DNA of 64,000 nt, taken from the NCBI RefSeq assembly GCF_006345805.1, contig NC_042997.1, positions 58,466,001-58,530,000 of the forward strand. Reading direction: 5' to 3'. Position 1 is the first letter of the stretch. Every line of letters begins with the position of its first letter. This document shows positions 15,188 through 27,579 of this stretch, piece by piece. The DNA comes from Octopus sinensis. Its lineage: Eukaryota. Made by a program: the position numbers and the translations under genes. Below the pieces are notes generated by a model. The model was given only the letters and a program-made list of their open reading frames with translations. It did not search any database and was not told the origin of the DNA.

Positions 15188-15630
15188 AAGACGGGAGAGG
15201 TATGCAGTGATATATGTGTGCAAGATACCGGAGGGGCTGGTACCAAACTTTGGAATTGAGATTTTTACCAGACCTCCAACAGGACGTCACTGCACTGTCC
15301 CAAGAGTCCCAGCTGTCCCATCTACGGTGAGGACCATATACTGCAATAGCTTGGGATCCAAGAACACACAACTATTTAACACCTTGCCAAGACATCTGAG
15401 GGATCTCCTTGGAGTGGGGGTAGATGTTTTCAAGACGCAACTTGACCTCTTGCTATCCAAGATCTCACATGAACCAATATCAAGACAGGAAACTCAAAAG
15501 AGGGCAGCAGTGACGAACTCCCTCCTTCACTAAAATGTAATCACATAGAATTGGCCAATTAAAATGTGATTACACTGGTGGTGCCCTAGCATGGCCACAA
15601 CCTTAGGGCTGAAACATATAATAGAATAAT
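15188..15630 (+). mobile_element. Same LINE family, short 3' fragment
   Basis: ORF 15207..15533 is homologous to the end of 23205..24011. Tail at 15577-15617. Confidence 0.85.
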
Positions 15631-16174
15631 AGAATACACACACACACATATTTTATAATTATATACATAATTATAACAAGGGCTTGGCTTGCGCCTCACG
15701 ACGCACTGAAAAATAGACCTCAAAAGACACTATTGCCACCATAAATTCTTCAAGAAAAACACACTACATAATAGGCCAGTAGAAGAAAGAAAATGAATTT
15801 CAACTTTGGTCAACCGCGTACATGATCGGGTTTCGGGCTGAAAGTAATAAAAAACTTTACCTTTCTGCTTTCATCAGCGACGGTTTACCCAGGCATATAA
15901 ATACGAGTGGCTACGTGTATGCAAGCGAGCTACACCAGCGCTTATCTTATACCCGTTGAGACTCGCAGATATATGCTGCGAAGTAGAATTGACATCTTTC
16001 TCTCATAGCCACGTCCAGTGTGTTCAAGATCAAGTCTGCAGTTAATACAGTTTTGATCAAGGAGTAAATATTTTTCAAATATTAATTATAATAATAATAA
16101 AGGGTAAAATCATAAATGATTTTTACCAAGTGGTCAGCGCGGAAATAAAATCTCGTAGGTAAATTTATATAAAT

Positions 16175-16505
16175 ATCCTCGTGCCGACCAAAACCTTGTG
16201 AGTGGATTTGGTAGACGGAAACTGAATGAAGCCCGTCGTATATACATATACGTGTATGTTTGTGTGTGTGAGTGTGTGCGTGCGTTTATGTGTCTCTGTG
16301 TTCCCTCCATCACCGCTTGACAACTGGTGTTGGTGTGTTTACGTCCCCATAAGTTTGCAGTTGGGCAAAACGAGGCCGATAGAATAAGTACCAGGCTTGA
16401 AAAAATAAGCACTGAAGTCGATTCATTGAACTAAAAATTCTTCAAGGCGGTGCCCCAGCATGGCCGCAAATTAATGACTGAAACAGTTAAACGATAAAAG
16501 ATAAA
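16175..16505 (+). mobile_element. SINE family B copy, 5'-truncated
   Basis: ccttgtgagtggatttggtagacggaaactga...ggcggtgccccagcatggcc. Confidence 0.85.
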
Positions 16506-17184
16506 GAAAACCACAAGCTGCTTCAAGCCACACCATTCAGCCATAAAATCAAATAACGATGACAACAAAATGATAAATGATATTTACGGCTTACAACAAA
16601 AGTCCACGTGGCAGCTGAAATAGGCTTGTTGATTTATAATTATCAGCTAGTTTTCTTTAGAAGATTAAATGTACTTTCTGAATAGAAATGTTTATGCTGC
16701 ATCTTCATTCCAACACTTGATATATTTATCTGTTTATCCCTCCAGGCACACACACCCACCTTCATTCACACCTACGTACACATACACACACACGATGCAG
16801 AGATATACTTACATGTACACACATGCAAACATTCATACATACATGCATTTGTTGTACTGTTTATTAGTCGTAAGACACCCGCTGTTTTTGTCCTGTTTTT
16901 ACCATTATTGTTTTTTGTATTTTATATTCGTGTGGCATCGTCCGTTTTTCTGTCCCTGTTTCGCATACATTCGATCCTTCTTCCAAGAAATCTAATGCTC
17001 GTAGCTTAGTTTTTCCTTGGGGCTGGCCGGATCGGAGCGATCTCAAGATTAATCAGCCGAAATTGCTAGGATGATCCGGTTCCTGACTGAAGATTGAAGG
17101 CTTCGAATACTCCCGTCCGTTTTTTTTGTATCGTTTTCTAAATGTTTTACGTTCTTGTCCAGCTTGGATTTTTCTACATAGTTA

Positions 17185-17200
17185 TACATATATATATGTA

Positions 17201-17242
<42 letters not shown>

Positions 17243-18034
17243 TATATATATATATATATGTGTATATATATATATATATGTATATATGTGTGTATATATA
17301 TATATATATGTAATATGTATGTATATATATATATATGTATGTATATGTTATATGTATATATGTATGTATATAATATATGTATGTATATATATATTTGTAT
17401 GTATATATATATATGTATGTAATGTATATATATATATATATATGTATATGTAATGTATATATATATATATAATATATGTAGTATATGTATATATATATAT
17501 ATATATATTATACTATTACATATACATACATACATATTATAATCTATATGCATCCCTACCCACATACATACACGCGCACCTACTCACACACACACATACA
17601 CCACAACACATACCCGCACACACAACCACACATACCTACACACACATACCTACTTCAGACATACACACAGACATACACCCATACACTCACACTCACACGC
17701 ATACACACACACACATACAACCGCACCACGTACACATACACACACACACACACACACCTACATACCATACATGACACTTTTACACACCCACACACTTACA
17801 TTCATACAACACACACCTACACAGCCATACCCTCACTCAGACACAAACACACCTACACACACACCACAAACACACAGACACCACCATACTACATACATCT
17901 ACACACACACGCCTACACACATACACACATACATNNNNNNNNNNNNNNNNNNNNNNNNNNNNNNNNNNNNNNNNNNNNNNNNNNNNNNNNNNNNNNNNNN
18001 NNNNNNNNNNNNNNNNNNNNNNNNNNNNNNNNNN

Positions 18035-18066
<32 letters not shown>

Positions 18067-18095
18067 AAGATAGATAGATAGATATAGATAGATAT
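17185..18095. repeat. Compound microsatellite spanning a 100-N assembly gap (17935-18034)
   Basis: Direct inspection. Confidence 0.95.
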
Positions 18096-18898
18096 TGCGT
18101 GTGTATATATATAATAGTGTACAAACAATCTACACATGTATACACGAAAGAGGTGACCTTTAACACCTTACATGCTAGAAATGGCAGTTAAAACCCAAAC
18201 CACGAAGAAGAGTAATTTCAAAGGGAATAAAAGCATATGTTTGTATTTACTTTCAGACTCAAGTTTCTGTATCAATGTGCAAATAAATTAATTTGCCATC
18301 TGTATTTTTTCAGTGAGGGAGCTAAAATTAATGCATATTTATGCAAAAAATAGCACCAAAAATACATGTGCTACATACTTATACATTATAACTTTCAAAT
18401 TCACGCGCAAGCGGTTACATTCGGTTACTGCGTACCTGAAAGGCTTCGAAACTATGAAAATTTTACTGTGAAAATAATAAGGGTAGAAAATTTAGAAAAA
18501 TTTTCATACCGCTGGCTAGCATGCGTACTAAAATCTTGTGGAAAGTAAAACTATGAGCTCACCATTCCAATAACAATAAACCCTACCTTGAAGTTGTGAA
18601 AGCTTTTTACTCACAAGCAAACATTCGAACGATCAGAAATGTTGTTTTTATGTCTGTGAAACTTCAGGCAACTCTGTTCCGACTCAAATTGTAAATGCAT
18701 GCATATATATGCACGTGCTTTGAACAATATTTGACTACTAAATAACACAATGCGGAGTGACATCAAAACCAGTAAACACGTAGTTGTGAAGAAGTCTTTA
18801 CCATATAACCATACCTGGACCATACAAAAAAAAAAAAAAAAAGACCGAAAAAAGCAAAAAGCAAAAATTGTCAAAAAAATTAGCGAATAAAATCTCAC

Positions 18899-19115
18899 CT
18901 GTACTGAAATTATAACACATAGCAGCGTCACCTTCAGCCAAAATAAAAATATCTGGGTCAGAAAAATATGCCACGTTCTCCTGCCGTTGGAACATTTTTA
19001 TTTCGAAGAGCCTTGGACTAAATTTCATGTTTTTCAGTGCTTCAGATTCTGCAAGTTTAGTCTCATTTTCGAACCGGAATGTGTTAAAACACTTTGTGAA
19101 AATATTTCTCATCAT
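18899..19115 (-). CDS. Coding exon with GD motif (...FILAEGDAAMCYNFST-G) of FAD-dependent monooxygenase-like gene
   Basis: Acceptor tttattccag at 19116, donor cag|gtgaga at 18898. 217 nt = 72 codons + 1, no stops (matches ORF 18798..19115). Confidence 0.85.
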
Positions 19116-20306
19116 CTGGAATAAATTTTCAATGAGGATAGAAAATTGCAGGATGTATTAGATACACTTTACCGATAAACATACAAAAATATATTTAAAA
19201 ACTATGCCAAGGTATATTTGATTTGCATATTTAAAACACAACACACACACACACACACGCACACACACACGGACACACACACGCACACACACACACACAC
19301 GCACACACACACACGAACACGCGCTCACGCGCACACACACATGCACGCCCACACACGACAGACATACACATACACACACGTGCATATACACTTGTGACTT
19401 TCTCCCTCTCTCTCTCTCACATACGTACTTATACGATGGACTCCCGAATAATCATACTTGAATAAATTCACTTACACGCAAGACATTTGTCGGGTCGAGG
19501 CTACAGTAGTCTAAGGCTCAGTGAAACTGAACCAGAAACCATGTGGTTGCGAAGCAGACGTTTTAACCGAACAGCTACGTCAGAGCCTACACAAGGTATA
19601 CTGAATGCTCGTACTATGTTATAATCATGTTGAACAAATATGAAACTAAAACCGATATGCAAATTAGGTTACTTCTTTGTAAGCCAAGAATGATTTTTAT
19701 GATGATGCAAGCTAATTTTATGTCGACAGAACGGCGAGTTTGAATGAAATTGAAGTCGATGATTAGATTTTTCTTTTTCGTTTCCGGGTTGTGTTTATTA
19801 AAGAAACGCAAAATAATAAAAGTTTAAAGGAACAGTTTCAAGACATTGCGTTGAATAGAAATGAATATTCTACTTGACTAAACATGAGTCAATCACGAGT
19901 AACATTTCCAGCAAATCCGGTAGTAATTTTCAATATCTGAGCTGAGGAATGTGGAATAATTATTAAGCCGAACTTCATAGCGAGACGCAGATTTGTAATT
20001 AAATATTCGTCAAGTTTGAAATAAAATGTTATGAGCTTATTAACTAGGTAGCATTGAGCCGAAACCAGATACAGGAATATGAGTATTATTGTACATCTGT
20101 TATTTGATTTTCTGTGCAAGCTCTGTGTTAAGAAATGTAAGAAAAGGCATGACCCCTAAATGTCTTAAGAATTAAGGAGTATAAGATTCAGGCATTAAGT
20201 ATTGCAGGTGTATCGTGAAGGCTTAGTAGTCTCAGTCTGACAAAAGACTTGTAAGCAAATTTGTTAAGTAGAGACAATGCGGAAGTCCATCCTAAGGGTG
20301 TATGTG

Positions 20307-20374
<68 letters not shown>

Positions 20375-20875
20375 TATGCGCGCCAAAACGAGGACTTTTG
20401 AAAATAACCGCACGTATAATAGGTAGAACTATATACAAATCCCACCTCGTGCGGACGCCATCGTATATTGTTCTGCAAATATATTCGTATAGACGGTCAC
20501 ACTGAGGATCTACGGACAAATTACGTAATCTGTTAATAGTGAAACATGTATGTGAAAAATCTATATTTTGTTACTTTTCATTTGTCTTCTTCGCTTACGT
20601 TTTGGTGTTTGCTAAATTTTTCTTGAGAATATTTCTTAGGGGGTTAGACCGTAGCGGGATCTACTTCTAGCATAAGGGTTGTCCACATGGTGGTCATCCC
20701 CCTCATACGTATATAATACAATTTACTGAACCTTCAGAATTTTAATATACTAGACCACTGGTGTTAAATTGATGTTAATTAAATTAATATCCAATTTCTC
20801 ACCCTCATTTTTTTGTGTAAATTATTGAGTCGGTTGTGACATCACTGTACATGAGAATATATGGTGACTACTTAC

Positions 20876-21073
20876 CGAGCGATCCAGTATAACACGCAAA
20901 GCTTTCACACACTTGGACTCACATTTCGGTATCACAAGAGTCATGTAACGGTGCCTATTACTGCCGAAGAGTTTTAAACTGAAACCGGGAGTGTAGGACT
21001 CATCAAGAGAATCAACTCCGTAGGAAGTGAGATCAAATATTAGTTGGTGGATTCTCTTTTCTGCCATTGGAAA
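20876..21073 (-). CDS. Internal coding exon (FPMAEKRIHQLIFDL...LRVILDRS) of the same gene
   Basis: Acceptor tttctattattcag at 21074, donor tcg|gtaagt at 20875. 198 nt, phase 0 to 0, open (within ORF 20822..21166). Confidence 0.8.
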
Positions 21074-21469
21074 CTGAATAATAGAAACAAAATCAAAAAT
21101 TACATCTCTCTCTCTCTTCCAAACACACACACACACACACATATATATATTTACACACATATACATATATATGCATATACATATAGATACATATACATAT
21201 ATATATACATATATATATACATATACATATACATGTATGTATGTATGTATGTTGTATGTATATATATATATAGATATATATATGTGCAGAGTGTTAGGTG
21301 TGACGTACAGAAATTGAATATTTCGAAAAAAGTCGGCAGAAGTTTGGAAATAAATCTTTTTTATTTCTTCATTATCGCTTTCGTTCGTTTCTCGAACTTG
21401 TCAAATAAAATTTTGTGAATGTACAAATAGCTCGTTCATTTATATAAAACATTTGTTTATTGGGGGTTT

Positions 21470-21742
21470 TGCTTAGAAGAAAATATTGTGTTTGTTTTTG
21501 TTTGTGCAAAGAAAATTACATTGGCAAAACAAATAATCCCCGCTGCCAACGTGCAAGAATCCACAAGCAACATATCCGACAAGAGGAATTACGCAAAATT
21601 CAATTAAGTAAGCATCAGGAAATATGCAGCGACGGAAAATTCGAAAATTTTCCCTTTTACAAATGTGCACGGGACGATCCGCAATATCAAAAAGCAATGG
21701 AACTACATTTCATCTAAAAATTCTCTTCAAAATTGAATGTTA
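21470..21742 (+). mobile_element. Penelope-like element GIY-YIG endonuclease C-terminal fragment (degraded)
   Basis: YCVCFCLCKENYIGKTNN...QRARIHKQHI...MELHFI*KFSSKLNV. Same family as 50860-51140; the 3' end is partly repeated at ~22065-22095. Confidence 0.8.
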
Positions 21743-22206
21743 GAAAGAAAAGCAGAGACAGTACATTTTGTATTCTAAATATAACTCAAATATCGGAAAC
21801 CTAATGCTCATCTCTGTAAATATTCAGGTGTATGTGTGTGGCATTGAGATGTTCTGAGCTTTGTTTTTCTAGTTTGTAAGTGTTATACTAATGTTCTCTA
21901 ATGCAAAAAACATGATATTGAAAGAGGCGTGATTTTGTTTTTCAATGCAAAGCATCGAAGTTACACAGTTTAAACATGATGTTCCCAAACACACACACAT
22001 GCGCGCGCACATACGCGCACACACACACACAAACAAGCAAACTCACACACACATGCCATCAAGGGATTCTCTCCAAAATTGAATGTTTGAAGGTAAAGCG
22101 AAGAATTTGCATTTTTAATTCCAAATGTGGCTCATCTCTACAAATTTTCAGGTATATATATGTGTAGTACTGAGATGTTCTAGATTTGCATATATATATG
22201 TGATAT

Positions 22207-22247
22207 GCTCGAACTAGTTTCGGGATTGTTGTCCCTCGTCAACGGGC
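22207..22247 (-). ncRNA. Type I hammerhead ribozyme (subfamily A, inverted copy)
   Basis: Reverse complement of 22732-22772 with the same core and stems. Confidence 0.72.
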
Positions 22248-22730
22248 GGTAACCACCAGGTAGCGATGAAAGAGAAGGCTCCTTTGCAAATAGATATAAG
22301 TTTTTCTAATGGCGTCTGCCACTGATGTCGAAAAACGAACAGTAAGCATAATTAAATCTCAGAATGAGATTGAAACAGTAATCGCTCGATAATGTAAAGT
22401 ATAGAAGCCATCTTATCATGGCTAACCACATTTGGGAGGGGAGTGTTACTGTAGCTTTATAGCCCTAAGAGATCTTCGTCTCAAGCTGGCTTTAGACACA
22501 ATATCTGTGTCCTTGGGGCTATAAAGCTACAGTAACACCCCTCCTCAATGTGGTTAGCCATGATAAGATGGCTTCTATACTTTACATTATCGAGCGATTA
22601 CTGTTTCAATCTCATTCTGAGATTTAATTATGCTTACTGTTTGTTTTTCGACATCAGTGGCAGACGCCATTAGAAAAACTTATATCTATTTGCAAAGGAG
22701 TCTTCTCTTTCATCGCTACCTGGTGGTTAC

Positions 22731-22773
22731 CGCCCGTTGACGAGGGACAACAATCCCGAAACTAGTTCGAGCG
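22731..22773 (+). ncRNA. Type I hammerhead ribozyme (subfamily A; core UUGACGA, GUU site)
   Basis: CGCCCG-UUGACGA-GGGA caacaa UCCC-GAAA-CUAG-U-U-CGAGCG. Stem I 5 of 6 bp, stem II 4 bp, palindromic stem III ACUAGU. Confidence 0.75.
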
Positions 22774-23118
22774 TATCACTCAGGCTTGCGAGGAAGGGAT
22801 GGCCTCCCTTTGCAAATACTCCAAGGACACAGATATTGTGTCTAAAGCCAGCTTGAGAAGAAGACCTCTTGGGGCTATAAAGCTACAGTAACACCCCCTC
22901 CCCAATGTAGTTAGCCATGATAAGATGGCTTCTATACTTTACATTATGGAGCGATTACTGTTTCAATCTCATTCTGAGATTTAATTATGCTATATATATA
23001 TGTATGTATATATACACACATGTATCACACACACATATATATGCATATATATATATATATATATATATATTCTCATATATATATACACATATATATACAT
23101 CTCTCACATATATATACA

Positions 23119-23189
<71 letters not shown>

Positions 23190-23191
<2 letters not shown>

Positions 23192-24082
23192 CTGAGGATA
23201 ATATATGCAGTTTAATGCTGAAAAATTCCAGGCCCTGCGCTACCAGCATCCAAAACTGAATATTAAACTTACAGGATACACCGGTCCACAGGAAATTTCA
23301 ATCCCAGAGCCTAAGTCTGTGAGGGACCTGGGTATCGATATGATTGATGATACCTCTTTCCAAGTGCACATTACCAGGATGACGACAAAGTGCAGACGAC
23401 TGGCTGGATGGATCCTAAGAACATTCAGAACCAGAGATAAGGAAACCATGATGGTCCTCTGGCGGACATCCGTTCTCAGCCGCCTGGATTACTGCTCACA
23501 GCTATGGTCACCCACCAGTGTAAAATTAAAAGCGGACCTTGAAGCAATCCAGAGAAGATTCACAAAGATCGTCTCTTTGGAACAGCTCAGCTACTGGGAA
23601 AGGTTGAAACAGCTAAGACTCTACTCCCTAGAGAGAAGACGGGAGAGGTATGCAGTAATATATGTCTGGAAGATCCTGGAAGGAATTGTGCCAAATTTTG
23701 GCATTGTAAGCTACACCAATGCTAGAACGGGACGACACTGCATAGTGCCAAAGATCCCAGCAATGCCATCACGCTTCAGGACCAGCTTCTGCAACAGCCT
23801 GGGTTTCAAGGGCCCACAGCTTTTTAATATTCTCCCAAAGAGTCTGAGGAACTTGCACAAAGTAGATGTAGCAGTTTTTAAATCAAAGCTGGACATCTTC
23901 CTGTCGAGAGTCCCAGATGAACCTACCTCACGGCAAGAGGTGCAAATGAGAGTAGCTGTATCAAACTCCATTCTTCACCAAGTGCCACTTATTAGAGGAG
24001 GTTCTTCGTAATAACAGTGTAGCACAAAACGGCGGTGCATCAGCATGGCCGCAGCTCTGAGCTGGAACAAACAAAAAAAAAA
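23190..24082 (+). mobile_element. CR1/L2-type LINE 3' fragment (RT C-terminus plus structured tail)
   Basis: ORF 23205..24011 ([31 protein letters not shown]). Tail ggcggtgc..gcatggcc..cagctctgagctg at 24031-24064. Confidence 0.9.
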
Positions 24083-24351
24083 TTTATATATATATATATG
24101 TAAACACACATGAGATGTTTTGGTATCCAGAAGACCAAAAATGTAGGTACAGCTATGTAAGTGCTACGGAAGGACCGTTGTTAGACTCCCAGTTCGATAA
24201 TAGTATGAGTGAGGAGTCTAACGCTGGTCATGTATATGTTAAGTAAAATAAAACAACAAAGCCAAGGCAGTGTGAAATTTCAAACTGTTTCAGGGATATA
24301 AAGGATATAATATACAACACCATACATATGTACACACACACACACACACAC

Positions 24352-24395
<44 letters not shown>

Positions 24396-24458
24396 TATAT
24401 ATAGTTATATATATATATATTTAAATATATATGTGTGTGCGTATATATATATAATATA

Positions 24459-24500
<42 letters not shown>

Positions 24501-24559
24501 ATGTATTATTATTAATATCAGGAAATCAATATTAGAAAATTCTTCAGAAAGATATATAT

Positions 24560-25295
24560 GTGTGTAAAATAATTGTTCTATTAAAAATATAAATATATAA
24601 AAAATATGTAAATATGTATAAGAATAAATAAATAATGTATATGATAGTTTAAAAGTTTTGAATTAAGCTTTTAAAGTATCTTACGATCGTTTCACCGAAG
24701 TGCAGTCCCTATAATGAAATCCTATATTGATAAGCATTTATAGACAACTCTTCTGCTCTTCAGAGATATAAAATTTGAATTTTGCATAATATATCGAATG
24801 GTATTTTTTTTTTTAATTTGAAGTAATACTATAAAATGGTGTTTGTTTCAAGTATAAATTAAAAATTAAAAATTACTGCCTTTGATTTTTGAAAGTACAT
24901 TTTAGTATGAGAGTCTTTAAATCCATATATACTTCGTTGGTTAGTCTTCTGTAATAATCCATAATATTTATGTGTAAAATCCATTTTATTGTCATGTATT
25001 CCACATATAGTTCATAGATAATATAGAATAATGGAATCCTATATTGATAAGTATTTATAGACAGCTCTTCTTCTCTTCAGCAATATGAAATATGAAATTT
25101 GTTTAATTTTACGAATGGTAGTTTTTAAAAAAAATTATGAATTAATATTGGAAAATGGTGTTTGTTTGAAATATAAATTAAAAATTACTGCTTTTGATTT
25201 TGGTGAGATCTTGAAATTCATATATGCCACCTTGGTGATTCTTCTGTAGCAATCCATAGAAGAATCACCAAGGAGCCATGTATGAATTTCATACT
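24560..25295 (-). mobile_element. Penelope-like terminal repeat region: tandem ~317 bp repeats with HHR and a terminal fold-back
   Basis: aatcctatattgataag recurs at ~24717 and ~25034. HHR in copy 1, truncated HHR in copy 2, inverted segment at 25212-25291. The tandem plus inverted architecture is typical of PLEs. Confidence 0.55.
24677..24768 (-). ncRNA. Type I hammerhead ribozyme with long stem II insert (PLE terminal repeat)
   Basis: UAUCU-CUGAAGA-GCAGAAG...49 nt...CUUCGGU-GAAA-CGAUCG-U-A-AGAUA. Stem I 5 bp, palindromic stem III ACGAUCGU, GUA site. Confidence 0.7.
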
Positions 25296-25781
25296 TTTAA
25301 ACTGTCATATACATTATATATTTATACTTATACATATTTACATATATCTTTATATATATTTATATTTTTAATACAACAATTATATATATATATATATATG
25401 TATTTGTGTAGACATGTATATATATATATATACATGCAGATACGGTAGGCTGGATAGAAAGCATTAAGTATGTGCTATTGTCAAAGTTAGATTTCCAGTG
25501 AATCCTCTTTTTTGTTCAGATGTTCAGATAATAGGATACTGTTCGTATCTACTCTTATTGGTTTATCTTACTATTCAATCTTAATTTAGAGTGAATCAAT
25601 AAGGTTTACAGGCAGTCAAATTATGAATAATTTTTCTTACATTAAGCGTTAAATTTCAATGAGAAAGCTTTGTTTCTAATTTTAAAAATGAGTATTCTTT
25701 ACTGAAGCAATTTAAGCGAAATACTTATAAAACGATTTATTTTAAGAAATGTTTCTGAAAGCATGGTAACGTGGTTCAACT

Positions 25782-25872
25782 GTAAAAAGCCATATCACAT
25801 TGAAGACACCAGTTCTCATCCGATCACCAAAGTTAAACAACGTCGAGTCTAGTTAGAACTTTGATAGCTGAC
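25782..25872 (+). pseudogene. 5S rRNA-derived fragment (pseudogene or SINE3-type head)
   Basis: ccatatcacattgaagacaccagttctcatccgatcaccaaagttaaacaacgtcgagtctagttagaactttgatagctgac aligns to the first ~90 nt of invertebrate 5S rRNA; the 3' end is missing. Confidence 0.8.
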
Positions 25873-26571
25873 TTAGGTAGCAGCATCTTTAGTAATGGTG
25901 TGCCCCAGATTAGCCATCACTTCTGGTTGAAGCATGTAAGAATATGATTAAAGCGGAAATTCTTTAGAACACATTTTATCAGTGCAAGTGTCAACATCAA
26001 ATACAATGATGCTACTCTATGCGAATCTGATTACTTTGCCTAAATCTCATGGATATAGAAATATAGTTTTTGATTGAAGAGCTTCGTTCCTAAACCTTAG
26101 AAACGTTCGAAATGATGAAATTAATGAAAGAATGCGGCAGTCAACCTCGGTAGTTTTACTAGCTTCCAAGATAATATTAGCAAACCAGTGGGTTAATAAG
26201 GTAAAAGCTGACTTTATTTTAAGTTAGCTCTCAGCTTTAGAAGCTTCAATAAGAAATGGTTCTGAATATTAACGAGTAAAATCTGAAACAAATAATATCA
26301 GAAGGACCTTGTGAACCAGGAATGTGATGCAGCCTCTTTAAAGGTAAATCACTAAAGAAAGGTTCTGAAAGAAATCTTTTATAGTGCAAACAGAAAATGG
26401 GCAAACTAAAGCTATTTTGCCTTGAGTAACTCGAATACTTGAGACAACAAACACTATGGATAAAAATCGATAAAATCGGTGAAAGAATAAAATAGGTATA
26501 ACATTGGTGCCTTGATTTTCATAGGTGAATTAATGGAGTTATTATTATTTCGCAATAATAGATCATTGATA

Positions 26572-26757
26572 AGGCGGCGAACTGGCTGAATCGTTTGCAT
26601 GCTTAGCGGCATTTCGTCCGTCTTTACGTTCTGAGTTCAAATTCCGCTGAGGTCGAGCTTTGCCTTTCATCCTTTCGGGACCGGTAAAATAAGTACCAGT
26701 TGAGCACTGAGGTCAATCTAATTGACTTTGTTGGCCTTGTGCCAAAATTTGAAACTA
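26572..26757 (+). mobile_element. SINE family A copy
   Basis: ggcggcgaactggctgaatcg..gagttcaaattccgc..gtgccaaaatttgaaac. Confidence 0.85.
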
Positions 26758-26920
26758 GTAATAGTTCATAGATTTACCTTCAAATTTCTACATTCCTATT
26801 ATGTGTGTGTGTGTGTTTGAGTGTGTATGTACGTATATTGCAATATTAACGCAATAAGTATTTATGAGGACTCTTCTTCATTCAGTGTTGTTAATGTTTA
26901 CATCTGTGCCTATATATATG

Positions 26921-26961
<41 letters not shown>

Positions 26962-27075
26962 TAACAAATAATTGCCAACCAAGTGTGGTGTCCTATACGG
27001 CTAACGACACACATTCTGTGTCCAATTAGTATTTACGAGGGGAGGACATCGCTCCCACCCCCGGCCTTACGTGAC

Positions 27076-27122
27076 ACACACGGACTCGAGTATCTGGGTG
27101 GTTACCCGTCCTCAGCGTGTGT
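27076..27122 (-). ncRNA. Hammerhead copy with GAAA to GAUA core mutation (probably inactive)
   Basis: Reverse complement reads ACACACG CUGAGGA cGGGUaaccACCCa GAUA CUCGAG UC CGUGUGU. Confidence 0.7.
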
Positions 27123-27432
27123 TAATCACCAGCTATTGATGAAAACTCACTCCACTCGTAAAATACTATATGCTTTTTTCAGTGACAAACCATCGCTGAT
27201 ATCGAAAAAGGAGAAATAAGCTATATTAAATCTCTGAGCGAGATATAAACAGTAGCAATACGGAATCGTAACATATAATTGCCAACCAATTGTGGCGCCC
27301 TATATGGGACAGTGCTACTAACGTTTATAGCCCCAGGAAGACATCTCTTCCAACTGGCTAACGACACATATCATGTGTCCGATTAGTATTTGCGAGGGGA
27401 AGTCATCGCTCCCATCTCTAGCCTTACTTCAT

Positions 27433-27479
27433 ACACACGGACTCGGGTTTCTGGGGGGTTACTCGTCCTCAGCGTCTGT
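27433..27479 (-). ncRNA. Hammerhead copy with stem I, II and III mismatches
   Basis: Reverse complement reads ACAGACG CUGAGGA cGAGUaaccCCCCa GAAA CCCGAG UC CGUGUGU. Confidence 0.65.
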
Positions 27480-27579
27480 TAATCGCCAGCTAGTGATGAA
27501 AACTCACTTCACTCGCAAAATACTATATACTGGCAAAAGCACACAGTATTTTGCAACTGGAGTGAGTTTTCATCACTAG

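Larger units (their letters stand above)
22200..22991. mobile_element. Retrozyme-like HHR repeat, subfamily A: 356 nt tandem unit plus an inverted near-full monomer
   Basis: ttggggctataaagc recurs at 22513 and 22869 (period 356). 22200-22516 is the reverse complement of the unit. Each orientation carries a hammerhead. Confidence 0.8.

Noticed and set aside
9730-16035. Several small exon-like segments (about 9730-9850, 10068-10091, 15890-15976)
   Set aside because: They lie in the intron whose flanking exons already join to give the intact GD motif, and they are phase-incompatible or contain stops.
16995-17110. Two hammerhead-like motifs (GGCTG..CAGCC-GAAA and CTGAAGA..GAAT)
   Set aside because: The first lacks the CUGANGA core (only TTGG); the second lacks GAAA and stem I. 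At most a decayed PLE terminal repeat.
17550-18034. Irregular CA-rich region and 198 aa ORF beside the N gap
   Set aside because: Noisy microsatellite next to an assembly gap, likely low-quality sequence.
18899-19115. Naming the gene as KMO, COQ6, squalene epoxidase or MICAL
   Set aside because: Family-specific residues around the DG and GD motifs do not match; only the fold-level call is supported.
22528-22536. TAACAC / TAGCACTG motif resembling a twister ribozyme cleavage region
   Set aside because: No downstream pseudoknot partners; in subfamily B it is part of a simple hairpin.
22788-22795. TTCCTCGC (minus strand) resembling the L3 loop of HDV-like ribozymes
   Set aside because: P3 and P1 cannot be formed and the motif is absent from subfamily B. 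The hammerhead explains the unit.
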